From a virus (lineage: Duplodnaviria; Caudoviricetes): a stretch of DNA of 64,000 nucleotides. Each line of letters begins with the position of its first letter. Position 1 is the stretch's first letter. The notes under the pieces were generated by a model that saw only the letters and a list, made by a program, of their open reading frames with translations, did no database searches and was not told the DNA's origin. The DNA is taken from positions 7,679 through 71,678 of IMG/VR virus record IMGVR_UViG_3300021968_000069; one strand, given 5' to 3'. Below are positions 27,501 through 36,487 of the stretch, one piece after another. A program made the translations under genes and the position numbers.

Positions 27501-28087
27501 AAATTTTTAAATATTTTCATTTGAGTAAGATCGGGCCAATCATTTACGGTCCATTGCCGAGGCTCTGTTCTTATTGCTTCTGGTAATTTCTTTAAGCCCA
27601 ATTCTGCGGTTTCTGGTGTCATGTAATAATGATATCCCATAGTATCAATATCCTGGTCTCTCCATGGTATTCCAGGCAACCGGCCATCGTAAGACATTTT
27701 CTTTAATTCAATAGCAGCTTCTTTGTTATCACAAAGGATCATTCCCCCTCTACCTAATGATAAATGCTTTTGATATTGGAAACTGATGCTCATGAATGTA
27801 CCGGGTATGTAACTGTTGGGCTTCCATAAAACAGCAGCATCAATGATTTGCGGAGTTAAATAATAATAATCTTTCCAGTCAATGTCTTTCCAAGTAAGAT
27901 CAATGTTCAATTTGTTGGCTAACATTGGGACGGACAAATATGTCCGTTTCGGTGAAAAGAAATTTTTGATATTGAGAATCCGAAGACATAATTCCATTCC
28001 GTGGGTGGCACTGTCAACACAAATACCAAAGGGGACTCCAAAAAACTCCGATATTTTATTTTCAAATTCTGATACTATTTTATTCAT
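27497..28087 (-). CDS. Short DegT/DnrJ/EryC1/StrS aminotransferase
   Basis: SATHGMELCL, IDAA, SFQYQKHLSLGRGGMI, GYHYYM; only 196 aa. Confidence 0.8.
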   Translation of the reverse strand: MNKIVSEFENKISEFFGVPFGICVDSATHGMELCLRILNIKNFFSPKRTYLSVPMLANKLNIDLTWKDIDWKDYYYLTPQIIDAAVLWKPNSYIPGTFMSISFQYQKHLSLGRGGMILCDNKEAAIELKKMSYDGRLPGIPWRDQDIDTMGYHYYMTPETAELGLKKLPEAIRTEPRQWTVNDWPDLTQMKIFKNL

Positions 28088-28815
28088 GCTACTTCTTTAT
28101 ATTTCCATTTAAATCCTTTAGACACTCTGTTTTCTCTACAAGCATTTGTAATGTTTGCCCTGCATCCCAATTTTATTTCTGCTTCAGCAATTGACGAGTA
28201 TTCCGCAACAAAATCTCCAGCAATAGTTAATTGAATTACAGCCTTTCGCTGTGTACTTATTACCGCTCCTTTTATACCTTTGTTCCACGGCAGCATCACT
28301 TTACGAAGTTTAGACCAAATCATTCTTTGTAATTCGGTTTTTGGTCGACCAGAGTTCTTTGTCGCTATAGCCCTCTTGTGTTCTTCGGAAATAGTTTGTT
28401 TTTCGTAAATCCTGCTTTTTTTTGTTGCAAGCTGTTTTGCAATAACATGTTTTGGCATTGGAATTCCCTTATTCCAAGCGGTAAGACCAGATGTCCTGTT
28501 TGCCACTTTACAAATATTAAATCGTGGGTTTAGAGTATCAATATAAAACTGCTCTCTCGATGTTAATTGATCTTTATTATCCACAAACTCGATTATCTGG
28601 AACAGCATATTTAATTCACCATATTTATTATATGCGTTTTGTAGCTTTTTGTTTTCGTGTATGTTATCTCTTAGCTTATTATAGTGAGTGTTTTTTCTTT
28701 GGCCAAATTTGGATGCAGATCCAACATAAATGCCACCATTGATAATACACTTTATTTGATAAATGCCAGATCGGTTATATAAACCATCAATTAATCTGAA
28801 TGGATTATATTTCAT
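28084..28815 (-). CDS. GIY-YIG homing endonuclease with NUMOD3/NUMOD1-like domains
   Basis: SGIYQI...IYVGSA; EQFYID; VIQLT..GDFVAEYSSIAEA. Confidence 0.85.
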   Translation of the reverse strand: MKYNPFRLIDGLYNRSGIYQIKCIINGGIYVGSASKFGQRKNTHYNKLRDNIHENKKLQNAYNKYGELNMLFQIIEFVDNKDQLTSREQFYIDTLNPRFNICKVANRTSGLTAWNKGIPMPKHVIAKQLATKKSRIYEKQTISEEHKRAIATKNSGRPKTELQRMIWSKLRKVMLPWNKGIKGAVISTQRKAVIQLTIAGDFVAEYSSIAEAEIKLGCRANITNACRENRVSKGFKWKYKEVA

Positions 28816-29438
28816 AAATTATTATTTTTAAATAAAACATTACCGAAGCTTTCGCCCCAATTATACATTGCCATCATTTCATAATAAGGCAAATGATTTT
28901 TAACTATAGCCAACAGATCATCAACATGCACCTGCCCTTCATACAATTCTTTTACCGCCGCTTCGATATATAAAAACCTTGTGACGGATAGGGTAGTAAG
29001 TCCACCAAGAATAAAATCCTTTTCAGATCCATTCAGATCTGCCCATATAAAATCAATTACCCGGCTTTCGCTGCGCTGCAGGTACCAGGTATCAAGTTTT
29101 TTACTTTTTACTTTTGTCACTTCATCAAACTCAACTGCGGGGAATAAATTCAAATGGCGCTTAGGTGGATGAATGGAATTACTCTGCGGATGATTGGATT
29201 GATAAAAATCTATTTCACCATTTACATTACTGAGTGCAAACCTGTGCAGGTGTAATCTTTTGTTTTGTCCATGCAATGATTCAAACAGGTCCTGTGAAAG
29301 AGGATCTGGTTCAAAACAATGAACATCACATTTTAATATTTCAGAAAGTTCTATGCTATCCTTTCCATCATAGCAGCCAACATCCAGTACAAAGGGATCT
29401 TGTTTATTAACCAGTGATTTTATTTGTTGCTTATTCAT
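28812..29438 (-). CDS. FkbM-family methyltransferase
   Basis: VLDVGCYDG, CFEPDP, IDFIWADLNGSE, LYEGQ. Confidence 0.85.
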   Translation of the reverse strand: MNKQQIKSLVNKQDPFVLDVGCYDGKDSIELSEILKCDVHCFEPDPLSQDLFESLHGQNKRLHLHRFALSNVNGEIDFYQSNHPQSNSIHPPKRHLNLFPAVEFDEVTKVKSKKLDTWYLQRSESRVIDFIWADLNGSEKDFILGGLTTLSVTRFLYIEAAVKELYEGQVHVDDLLAIVKNHLPYYEMMAMYNWGESFGNVLFKNNNL

Positions 29439-30469
29439 TGACAGATTTTTGTTAGTCTGTGAAACCTATCTTTTGTGATACCTTCTGCGGTATCTTCCCA
29501 ACCAAGTGCCACTAACTTTTTATAAAACGAATTACCAGTGTCAATCCACATGCTTACGTACTCACTTCGGTTTTCATAAAGGAATCTTTCCAGCGTTAAG
29601 AGCTGATAGTGTTCCTCCTCAATTTGCAGTTCGATAAATAGTTTGCCATCTGCTCGATAGGTTTTAAACGACCCCTTCACGACATCATCTTCAACAACAT
29701 CAAACCCGTTATCCTTAACAGCAAAAAGCATTTCAGATAAGAAATGTGAATCGGGTTGTGGTATTGAATCAGGCATGTCCCATTCATAAGTGAATGCCCG
29801 GTGAAATAAACACTGGTAAGGCACAAACAGAGTGTTGAAACCTTTGTGTTCAGAAAAATAACGGAGGTACCGGTCGAAATATGGAATTGAATATCGATCT
29901 GAATAATCAGAAATTGTCAAACCATTCTTTGTAAAGAGTTCAGCAAACATGCTTTGTTCCTGGCCATCCTCAATCCCGTTTTTATAGAATTTTGGATCGC
30001 AATTATCAGCCAATATTTTTCTGAACGCAGATGATTTAACGATGCCCTGATTTTGCTGCGGATGCAATGGATCTGTTTTCCTGAATCTTCCATATTTACC
30101 GCAGAGATAATCACAACCTTTTTCTTCCATCAACATAACAAGTAAAGTATCGAAGTGGTCAATATTTGGGATATAATCATCTTCAACAATTATGTAATGG
30201 GTGAAATAATTTTCGTATGTTTTGTAAGCAAATAAGAATTGTCCGTAGCTACGATCGTTTTCCGATCTATCTATAAGTGTAATATGTTTACGGATCTCTG
30301 GATCAATATTGTAAAACTCTTCATTATCGCTGCCCGCCGGCCGTACCACTGTGATCTGTGCAAGGTTGTGTTTGAGTTCAAACAATCTTTGCAGGTGTTT
30401 TTTTAAATACTCAGTGCTCGGGTTTCTCCTTATGCCGGACCAGGTTGCTATGACATAGTTGATCCTCAT
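29435..30469 (-). CDS. GT-A-fold glycosyltransferase-like protein
   Basis: SYGQF...YIIVEDDYI DxD-type motif. Confidence 0.6.
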   Translation of the reverse strand: MRINYVIATWSGIRRNPSTEYLKKHLQRLFELKHNLAQITVVRPAGSDNEEFYNIDPEIRKHITLIDRSENDRSYGQFLFAYKTYENYFTHYIIVEDDYIPNIDHFDTLLVMLMEEKGCDYLCGKYGRFRKTDPLHPQQNQGIVKSSAFRKILADNCDPKFYKNGIEDGQEQSMFAELFTKNGLTISDYSDRYSIPYFDRYLRYFSEHKGFNTLFVPYQCLFHRAFTYEWDMPDSIPQPDSHFLSEMLFAVKDNGFDVVEDDVVKGSFKTYRADGKLFIELQIEEEHYQLLTLERFLYENRSEYVSMWIDTGNSFYKKLVALGWEDTAEGITKDRFHRLTKICQ

Positions 30470-31029
30470 TTGGTAGCTTCCACGTTTAAGGATATTAAAA
30501 TATGCTTATCGGTAAAGTTGCCGGTCCTGATCGCTTCCGGATCATGTGGGAGATGTGCATGCGAATGGTCATCGATATGAGCATGCTCTGTTTGCCGCCA
30601 ATCATATTTGCGAATGTTTTTAAATCCAACATCAGTTAGCAAATCATGAAGGCTATCATAATCAAAAGTTGTTTTGTGATATATTTTGTGACCAGCCATT
30701 TCCATACGTCCGAATAAAGGACCAATTATATCTAACAATTTGAAATCTGCTGTTTCGTATGCGTACGATAGTGCTTCAAAGTCAGGAACAGCAATTCTAA
30801 GAATGCCGCCACGTTTTAAAACATTGTACCAACTCCATAAAAGTCCACTAGCTTCTATTAGGTCGAAATATTCCAGGAGATGTGAAGAATAAATTACATC
30901 TGCTGAATCTTGGTTTTGGCTCATTAACCATACATCAGAAGATTTTACGTGCGGATAATTTTCACCATCAATATGAATCCATTCTGGACCAAAGTCACGT
31001 TTGCCACAGCCAATATGATATTTGATCAT
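30466..31029 (-). CDS. SAM methyltransferase (Methyltransf_11-like)
   Basis: YHIGCG, IYSSHLLEY, LKRGGILRIAVPD. Confidence 0.85.
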   Translation of the reverse strand: MIKYHIGCGKRDFGPEWIHIDGENYPHVKSSDVWLMSQNQDSADVIYSSHLLEYFDLIEASGLLWSWYNVLKRGGILRIAVPDFEALSYAYETADFKLLDIIGPLFGRMEMAGHKIYHKTTFDYDSLHDLLTDVGFKNIRKYDWRQTEHAHIDDHSHAHLPHDPEAIRTGNFTDKHILISLNVEATK

Positions 31030-31718
31030 AAAATATTTTTTTCTTTCATTTCGGCAATTACGTTTTCATCGATACCATTCAGATCAAAAGCAAACAGATC
31101 TCTTTTTCTTACTCCTTCATTATGGGCTATTGGAGCACTAAACTTATCCAGTGCCAGGTTCACAAATTCATTCTCCGGATGATCGTATATTGTTCCTTTC
31201 AGATTTTCAAATTCCCATGGTGAGTGACCTGGCCATAACCATTTCAACAAAAACTTTTTATTCCAGATAGCGGGTTGAGTGCTGAGGTGATATGCAGAAA
31301 CGGGAGGAGTTTGAAATATTTCAGCACCATCAGCAAGTTGTCCGTAAAGTGTTGTGTAATGTTTAATGCTATCACAGGATAAAGAGATACGACCGATGTT
31401 TGCATTGTATTTCATTAAGCTCATAAGATCAGTAAGCCGCTGGTATTTTACATGATCCTTTAAAAAAGTATCCTCCATTAGCCAGATTATGTGATCATCC
31501 TGTTTTTCAAAATATTTGATAAGATCATCTGAGAAGAATGATGGACCTCGTTGCTCACCCATTGAGTGAAATGTGCAATATGATGGCAAATTCTTTGGCT
31601 CTTTGTAACCAACTAATTCAACTTCGCCACCCCAATATTTTTCAAATAGAAAAAAGAACACCGGGAGGATGTGATGATAACGGTCACTGGTTGTCACAAT
31701 AATTTTGAAATCACTCAT
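31026..31718 (-). CDS. Putative glycosyltransferase
   Basis: IWLMEDTFL, STQPAIWN, SPWEFE. Confidence 0.6.
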   Translation of the reverse strand: MSDFKIIVTTSDRYHHILPVFFFLFEKYWGGEVELVGYKEPKNLPSYCTFHSMGEQRGPSFFSDDLIKYFEKQDDHIIWLMEDTFLKDHVKYQRLTDLMSLMKYNANIGRISLSCDSIKHYTTLYGQLADGAEIFQTPPVSAYHLSTQPAIWNKKFLLKWLWPGHSPWEFENLKGTIYDHPENEFVNLALDKFSAPIAHNEGVRKRDLFAFDLNGIDENVIAEMKEKNIL

Positions 31719-32125
31719 AAAAAAACTTTATCCATTTTCTGTCCATAATAAGGCCCCGTTTTAAACTCTAAAATTCTACTGTTATCAGCTAATATTAAAT
31801 AGTTGTGTCCTCCCTGCAGGGTGAAACTTGCGTCACCGGCTTTAAGGATCGGCTCAGCCAATACACTATCATCAAGATCATAAAACGTGCATCTTACTTT
31901 ACCAACAATAACAACCCAGCTTTCCTGGGCGATCATTAGCAAGTCCTTTTGCTTCCAGATATGTTTATGAGGTTTAAAGGTGGTGCCGGCTTTTAAGTTG
32001 AGTGTAGAGCATTGGAGAAATTCTTCAGGATAAATAAGATCTTGTCTTCCTGGAACAAAGTCTTCCTTTCTTATTACAAAGTGTAAAAGAATTTCAGGAT
32101 CCCTTTTTGAATAGAATTTTTCCAT
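31715..32125 (-). CDS. Cupin-fold sugar isomerase-like protein (WbuC-like)
   Basis: FKPHKH, QESWVV, GGHNY, EFKTGPY. Confidence 0.7.
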   Translation of the reverse strand: MEKFYSKRDPEILLHFVIRKEDFVPGRQDLIYPEEFLQCSTLNLKAGTTFKPHKHIWKQKDLLMIAQESWVVIVGKVRCTFYDLDDSVLAEPILKAGDASFTLQGGHNYLILADNSRILEFKTGPYYGQKMDKVFL

Positions 32126-32901
32126 TATAGTTTATAAGTTTCATCAATAACATCCATTCCTCTTCCTTGTCCTCTTGTTCGCTTCCCTGCAAACGAATCA
32201 AAGATGCTCCCGATATCCATTGATATACCACCATGATCTCTAAACCAGTTATTATAAATTTTACCAACAACACCGGCGCCAACAAGACACAGATTTCCTT
32301 TAACAGGAATTGTTGTTACCCATTTCTTTATTTCATTATACTGATCAGGAAAATGTGGAGGACCATCATACCCGGATGTGTAATACATTTCGGGAGCAAT
32401 GATGAATGAATACACATTTTTTATTCTGTAACGTCTTTTAAACGCTTCATCAAGTTGCCGGCATGAGATATAACAAAGTGTATCTATGCCAGTGAGCAGT
32501 TGATCGTAATAACCTTTATCAAGAAAATGAGAATGGACGTCGATGTTGGTGATCTCTTTTTTAGCCAGGTACTCAGCACCAACTGCTGTATTTAATATTG
32601 AGCCTGATCTGTGCCAGTAACTGTTCGGATCATTCATGTGCCTGTTTATAACAGGAATGCCGATTATATCTGCCTCTCTGTATGCTTGTATTAAATTTTG
32701 TCGGATACTTGTGATCTCATTATGAGCCGGAATATGACCCAGCAATTTTCTAAGAATGAAATGAAGGCTACCATGATCATTAAATCCGTTCAAAACCATG
32801 GCCTCACCATCGCCATATCTTACAATTGATAAAGGATCCTTTTCGTTAAGGCAATTTATCAGCCGTTCAAATACTTTATCCATGGTAAGATTTACTTCCA
32901 T
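32125..32901 (-). CDS. GT-D-fold glycosyltransferase-like protein
   Basis: SIVRYGDGE, LVGAG..GK, DIGSIFD. Confidence 0.75.
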   Translation of the reverse strand: MEVNLTMDKVFERLINCLNEKDPLSIVRYGDGEAMVLNGFNDHGSLHFILRKLLGHIPAHNEITSIRQNLIQAYREADIIGIPVINRHMNDPNSYWHRSGSILNTAVGAEYLAKKEITNIDVHSHFLDKGYYDQLLTGIDTLCYISCRQLDEAFKRRYRIKNVYSFIIAPEMYYTSGYDGPPHFPDQYNEIKKWVTTIPVKGNLCLVGAGVVGKIYNNWFRDHGGISMDIGSIFDSFAGKRTRGQGRGMDVIDETYKL

Positions 32902-33665
32902 CAGTATAAATATTCCCTCAAAAATTTTGTGTGATTAAATAAAACTATCTGCCCCTTGTGGGTTAGATAATCTCCTTCTTCTATGTCCGTATCAATAAAC
33001 CAGGATGCATTTTGAAAAGTGTTGCCAAGATCTATCACATTAAAATCCTTTGCATAAAAACTAAGTAGCCATTGGCCCGCAGCATGGTGATCAAAATTTT
33101 GAATCATCCTATCGATATCACCAATATATTTTTGACTAAGTTGTCTATATGTTTCTGCTCTTGCAATTACGATACCTGAGCAATACAAAGGAATTGCACC
33201 CCATCTTCCTGGAAACTCACGATTGATTTTTAAGTAATTTCTTTTGGGACGCAACCGAAAAAATTCTTCCCGGAGAGTCATCACTGGTTTGGCAGATGCT
33301 GATAATGCAATTTCGCCTTGTTTTAAATCAGCTAATATCTTTTTTTCCGAGGGGCTCATTGTTCGCTGCATGATCATATCAACATCAGTTTGCAGGATAA
33401 GCTCATCCGGAGTAAAAGAAAAATAATTAAAGAAATCACCGCCTTCACAGCAAATAAAAAAGTCGCGGTTTGCCGGCCATCCCCGGCGATAACTTGGTAG
33501 ATCTTCAGCCTCACAGGTAGCATAGTACCATTCCTTAACTTTCTCTTTTGGGTCAAAATCAATGCACAGGACGCAAACCCGGTCTTTCCAGTTCTTACGC
33601 AATGATTCAAAGAAATCTTTTCCCCTGTGATAATACTCTTCATTGCAGCAGATAACGATCGTCAT
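32901..33665 (-). CDS. Putative GT-A glycosyltransferase (GT8-like)
   Basis: QTDVDMIMQR, YCSGIV, QWLL, FNH. Confidence 0.55.
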   Translation of the reverse strand: MTIVICCNEEYYHRGKDFFESLRKNWKDRVCVLCIDFDPKEKVKEWYYATCEAEDLPSYRRGWPANRDFFICCEGGDFFNYFSFTPDELILQTDVDMIMQRTMSPSEKKILADLKQGEIALSASAKPVMTLREEFFRLRPKRNYLKINREFPGRWGAIPLYCSGIVIARAETYRQLSQKYIGDIDRMIQNFDHHAAGQWLLSFYAKDFNVIDLGNTFQNASWFIDTDIEEGDYLTHKGQIVLFNHTKFLREYLY

Positions 33666-34204
33666 GTTTGTAAATGTTTTTTATCAGCAATGCCATTCAT
33701 AAGCCGGTAAGTGTGCCATATATAAAGACCATCCATTCTTAAAATTTGTAAACCATCGGCCCGGATCATGCGGCCGTAATGGGTATCTACCCCAAGCGCC
33801 TTGCCGGTATCAGGGAATGGTGTTTTGTTCCATGTCTTTTTACTGACCACCATCAGGAAGCCGCTGATATCACGATCGATGACTGTTGTTTGAAAAAGGA
33901 GATTCTTTTGTTCTTCAGCATATTTTATGTGTGTCCTCATATCACTATCTTCATCTACGGCACAGAGAAGCAACTGCCCTTTGCTGAGCGGACTTACCCG
34001 GTTAGTAAAACAAGTGAGGATCCCTGCTTCGGGATTGCGGTAAACATATTCTTGGATAATCGTGCCGGCATCGGGAGTAAGAAAGCAAGTATCGATATCG
34101 CAAAGGCAGGCGGCATCGTCTTCCGGGAGCATTGCCATTGCGTCATTATACGCCTTTCCAAGATTTTTGTCGTTGCGGTATGGTTTAAGGATGTGTACCT
34201 GCAT
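33662..34204 (-). CDS. Small GT2-like glycosyltransferase
   Basis: PYRNDKNLGKAYN, CLCDIDTCF, GLYIWHTYR. Confidence 0.65.
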   Translation of the reverse strand: MQVHILKPYRNDKNLGKAYNDAMAMLPEDDAACLCDIDTCFLTPDAGTIIQEYVYRNPEAGILTCFTNRVSPLSKGQLLLCAVDEDSDMRTHIKYAEEQKNLLFQTTVIDRDISGFLMVVSKKTWNKTPFPDTGKALGVDTHYGRMIRADGLQILRMDGLYIWHTYRLMNGIADKKHLQT

Positions 34205-34221
34205 TTGGCTGCTATCGTTGC

Positions 34222-34250
34222 CAAATGTAATAAAATATTACAATTTGTAG
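34222..34250 (-). promoter_or_regulatory. Putative late promoter of the glycan operon
   Basis: TACATTTG plus TACA-N3-TGTA; near copy of 53-82. Confidence 0.6.
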
Positions 34251-34287
34251 TGAAATACTAATTAACTTGAAATAACGGAATTGGTTT

Positions 34288-34295
34288 TACATTTG
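34288..34295 (+). promoter_or_regulatory. -7 box (TACATTTG) of the divergent plus-strand gene
   Basis: TAnnTTTG 4 nt before ATG 34300; CTTG 18 nt upstream. Confidence 0.5.
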
Positions 34296-34299
34296 TGGA

Positions 34300-34599
34300 A
34301 TGAGAAATTCAGCCATTTTGTTTTTCGGCTTTGCAGCAATGTTGACTGCCGGATTACTTACAAAACCGAAGCAATTAACACCTCTTGAAAAGAAATACAT
34401 TTCGATGTCAGATTCAATGACCTACTATTACCAAAAAAGACACTGCTACTTTGCATGCGGCAATACTGACAGCGCCTATCAAGTTGAAAAAATATATTGG
34501 TATTATCGAGATAACGTTGTTAACCTCCAAAGAATATTATTTGATTCTCTTACTCCAAATGGTCAGGCAGAAGAAAAAATGAGCTGTGATTGTAAATAA
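34300..34599 (+). CDS. Secreted or membrane-anchored hypothetical protein (moron-like)
   Basis: N-terminal hydrophobic segment; opposite strand with its own promoter and terminator. Confidence 0.55.
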   Translation: MRNSAILFFGFAAMLTAGLLTKPKQLTPLEKKYISMSDSMTYYYQKRHCYFACGNTDSAYQVEKIYWYYRDNVVNLQRILFDSLTPNGQAEEKMSCDCK

Positions 34600-34601
34600 T
34601 A

Positions 34602-34627
34602 AGTCCCGCTGTAGAAACAGCAGGACT
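34602..34627. terminator. Bidirectional terminator hairpin AGTCCCGCTGT-AGAA-ACAGCAGGACT
   Basis: Lies between convergent genes; member of the CTGT-N4-ACAG family. Confidence 0.65.
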
Positions 34628-34653
34628 AACGATTGCTTGCCATATGAAAAGAG

Positions 34654-34938
34654 TTAACGATTTCCTTCACTAATTGAAAATGATCCTCCATCCCATCCTT
34701 CACACTTTAAGTGTTCATGAAATCCGCATCCAAGATTATCGCCTTCTTTATCCTTGTCTCTATGAAAAAACGATGCGTTTATTTCGCCACGGTCATTTAT
34801 CGAATGTCTTCCAAGGCCAAAAGGATGGCCACATTTGCAAATGATTATTGGCTTCAGCTTTCTTCCATCAGTTGTTTCCGTAGGTTGCCAACAGGGATAA
34901 TTGCTCCAATCTTCATTTGCTTTAGGAATAGATATCAT
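34654..34938 (-). CDS. Cys/His-rich hypothetical protein
   Basis: CKCGH...H...H...CGFH. Confidence 0.6.
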   Translation of the reverse strand: MISIPKANEDWSNYPCWQPTETTDGRKLKPIIICKCGHPFGLGRHSINDRGEINASFFHRDKDKEGDNLGCGFHEHLKCEGWDGGSFSISEGNR

Positions 34939-35492
34939 GCTTCGTTTGTTGATACCACTCCCTCACTGTTCAATACATATCGCTTTGCACTTGCCGGGAT
35001 ACCGGTGGCATAATATCTTCTTACTCCAAGTACCCTGTCTTTATCAAATTCGGCGATAGATACTTTATTTCCCTGGTTGCCGCCGATGCCAATTAGATTA
35101 CCTGCTTTGGTAAAGCCTATGAGGATAAATACATGACCGCCACCGGGTCGTTCGATGATCACTACATCACCAAGCAATGCATCTTCCAATTTCACGGACT
35201 GACCCCAGTTCAACATATATTTTGCACGGAGTAAATTGTATTTATCTCCTTTATAATCTACGATCGGTTTGCCATTGATCCTGATAAGATGATTTATAAA
35301 GAGAGCACACCAGGAAGTATCATCGTTGGTGTAAATATTAGATACACCAAGTCCTCTTGCCATTTCCATGATCACAGGATTGGATGCGGCGCCAGGAATT
35401 TCTTTTACTCCCAAATATTGCAGGGCCGCGGCAAGCATTTTCGGTAAGACACCGATCTCATCTAAAAACTTGTATTGAGTAGGCAAGTTCAT
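34935..35492 (-). CDS. Endolysin, NlpC/P60-CHAP-like (TIGR02594-type)
   Basis: LGVKEIPG..SNP.I, DDTSWCALF, GGGHV, GGNQGNKVS. Confidence 0.85.
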   Translation of the reverse strand: MNLPTQYKFLDEIGVLPKMLAAALQYLGVKEIPGAASNPVIMEMARGLGVSNIYTNDDTSWCALFINHLIRINGKPIVDYKGDKYNLLRAKYMLNWGQSVKLEDALLGDVVIIERPGGGHVFILIGFTKAGNLIGIGGNQGNKVSIAEFDKDRVLGVRRYYATGIPASAKRYVLNSEGVVSTNEA

Positions 35493-35740
35493 TTCTTTTG
35501 TTTTTTTGGTTTTCTGGCAACTGTGGTACCAGTAGATTTATTTACTATAAATTCATCCACCCAAACTTTCACGCTGCCAACTCTTTTAAAAGTTAAGCCG
35601 CTTGAATCCGATGTAAATACATAGGCCATCAAACCGCCTGATCTTCTCCACTTGGTTTGCTTGGTATAAACTACTTTACTTCTTTTAGAAAGTCTGAATT
35701 TTGACTGGTCTGGAAGTTTTGCAAGTGTTGTCTGTTTCAT
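35489..35740 (-). CDS. Basic hypothetical protein
   Basis: ORF track; 4-nt overlaps on both sides. Confidence 0.6.
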   Translation of the reverse strand: MKQTTLAKLPDQSKFRLSKRSKVVYTKQTKWRRSGGLMAYVFTSDSSGLTFKRVGSVKVWVDEFIVNKSTGTTVARKPKKQKK

Positions 35741-36165
35741 AAAATGAATTTTAAAACATTAATAATAACTATGAGTGCTGTGAGTATGATCGCTTTCCAT
35801 TCACCGGCACGGCTGCCAAATATTTTCTTTAGCATTCTATCGAGCGTTGCATCTTGTCCCAGGTAATCCCAATTCTTATAAGTGCCAAGATTCAACCATA
35901 TATCAAACAGCAGCCAGTAATAAAAGGCACTGAGCACTCCGGATATTATACACCACCAAATAGAATGATAACTTAATAATCCAAGCGATATACACAGCGC
36001 CACAGCTGCTGCCTGCAGCCATGCGTTTGTATGAAAGGGATCTTCATAAGGATTTGGCGTAGGCACATATTCACGCATTGCATTAACAGCAGGAGCATGG
36101 TGCCACGCTGTAAACCTGATATATAACACCATCAACAATTGTGATATGGCCCATGATAATATCAT
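35737..36165 (-). CDS. Multi-TM membrane protein
   Basis: Three to four hydrophobic segments. Confidence 0.65.
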   Translation of the reverse strand: MILSWAISQLLMVLYIRFTAWHHAPAVNAMREYVPTPNPYEDPFHTNAWLQAAAVALCISLGLLSYHSIWWCIISGVLSAFYYWLLFDIWLNLGTYKNWDYLGQDATLDRMLKKIFGSRAGEWKAIILTALIVIINVLKFIL

Positions 36166-36464
36166 ACAAAAAATAATAGTACTGCTATCATACAGATAAT
36201 GCCAATGACCCGGATTATTCCTTTCTGAGGGTCCCTGATGACTTTTCCTAGATAGCCGGTGAGAAATAAACAGAAGCCAACAAGCCCGATCAATGCAACT
36301 GTATCAAAAAACCAGTTCCATGGGTGTACGGCTTCCCATAATGTTTCACTACTATACTGGTCCTTATTTACATGCGGGTTGATCACGAACATAAAAAGTA
36401 ATGTGATCAAAAGAATGAAACCAACGGTTGCTCTAAGTATCAACTTTTGTGTTTTGTCTGACAT
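36162..36464 (-). CDS. 3-TM membrane protein (holin candidate)
   Basis: Three hydrophobic segments; in the lysis cassette. Confidence 0.55.
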   Translation of the reverse strand: MSDKTQKLILRATVGFILLITLLFMFVINPHVNKDQYSSETLWEAVHPWNWFFDTVALIGLVGFCLFLTGYLGKVIRDPQKGIIRVIGIICMIAVLLFFV

Positions 36465-36487
36465 AAAATTTATTTTTTGTTAGTAAA

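Noticed and set aside
23163-34204. Host capsule/LPS locus marking a prophage boundary
   Set aside because: Flanked by the integrase and the phage lysis cassette, contains homing endonucleases, and has no export or polymerase genes
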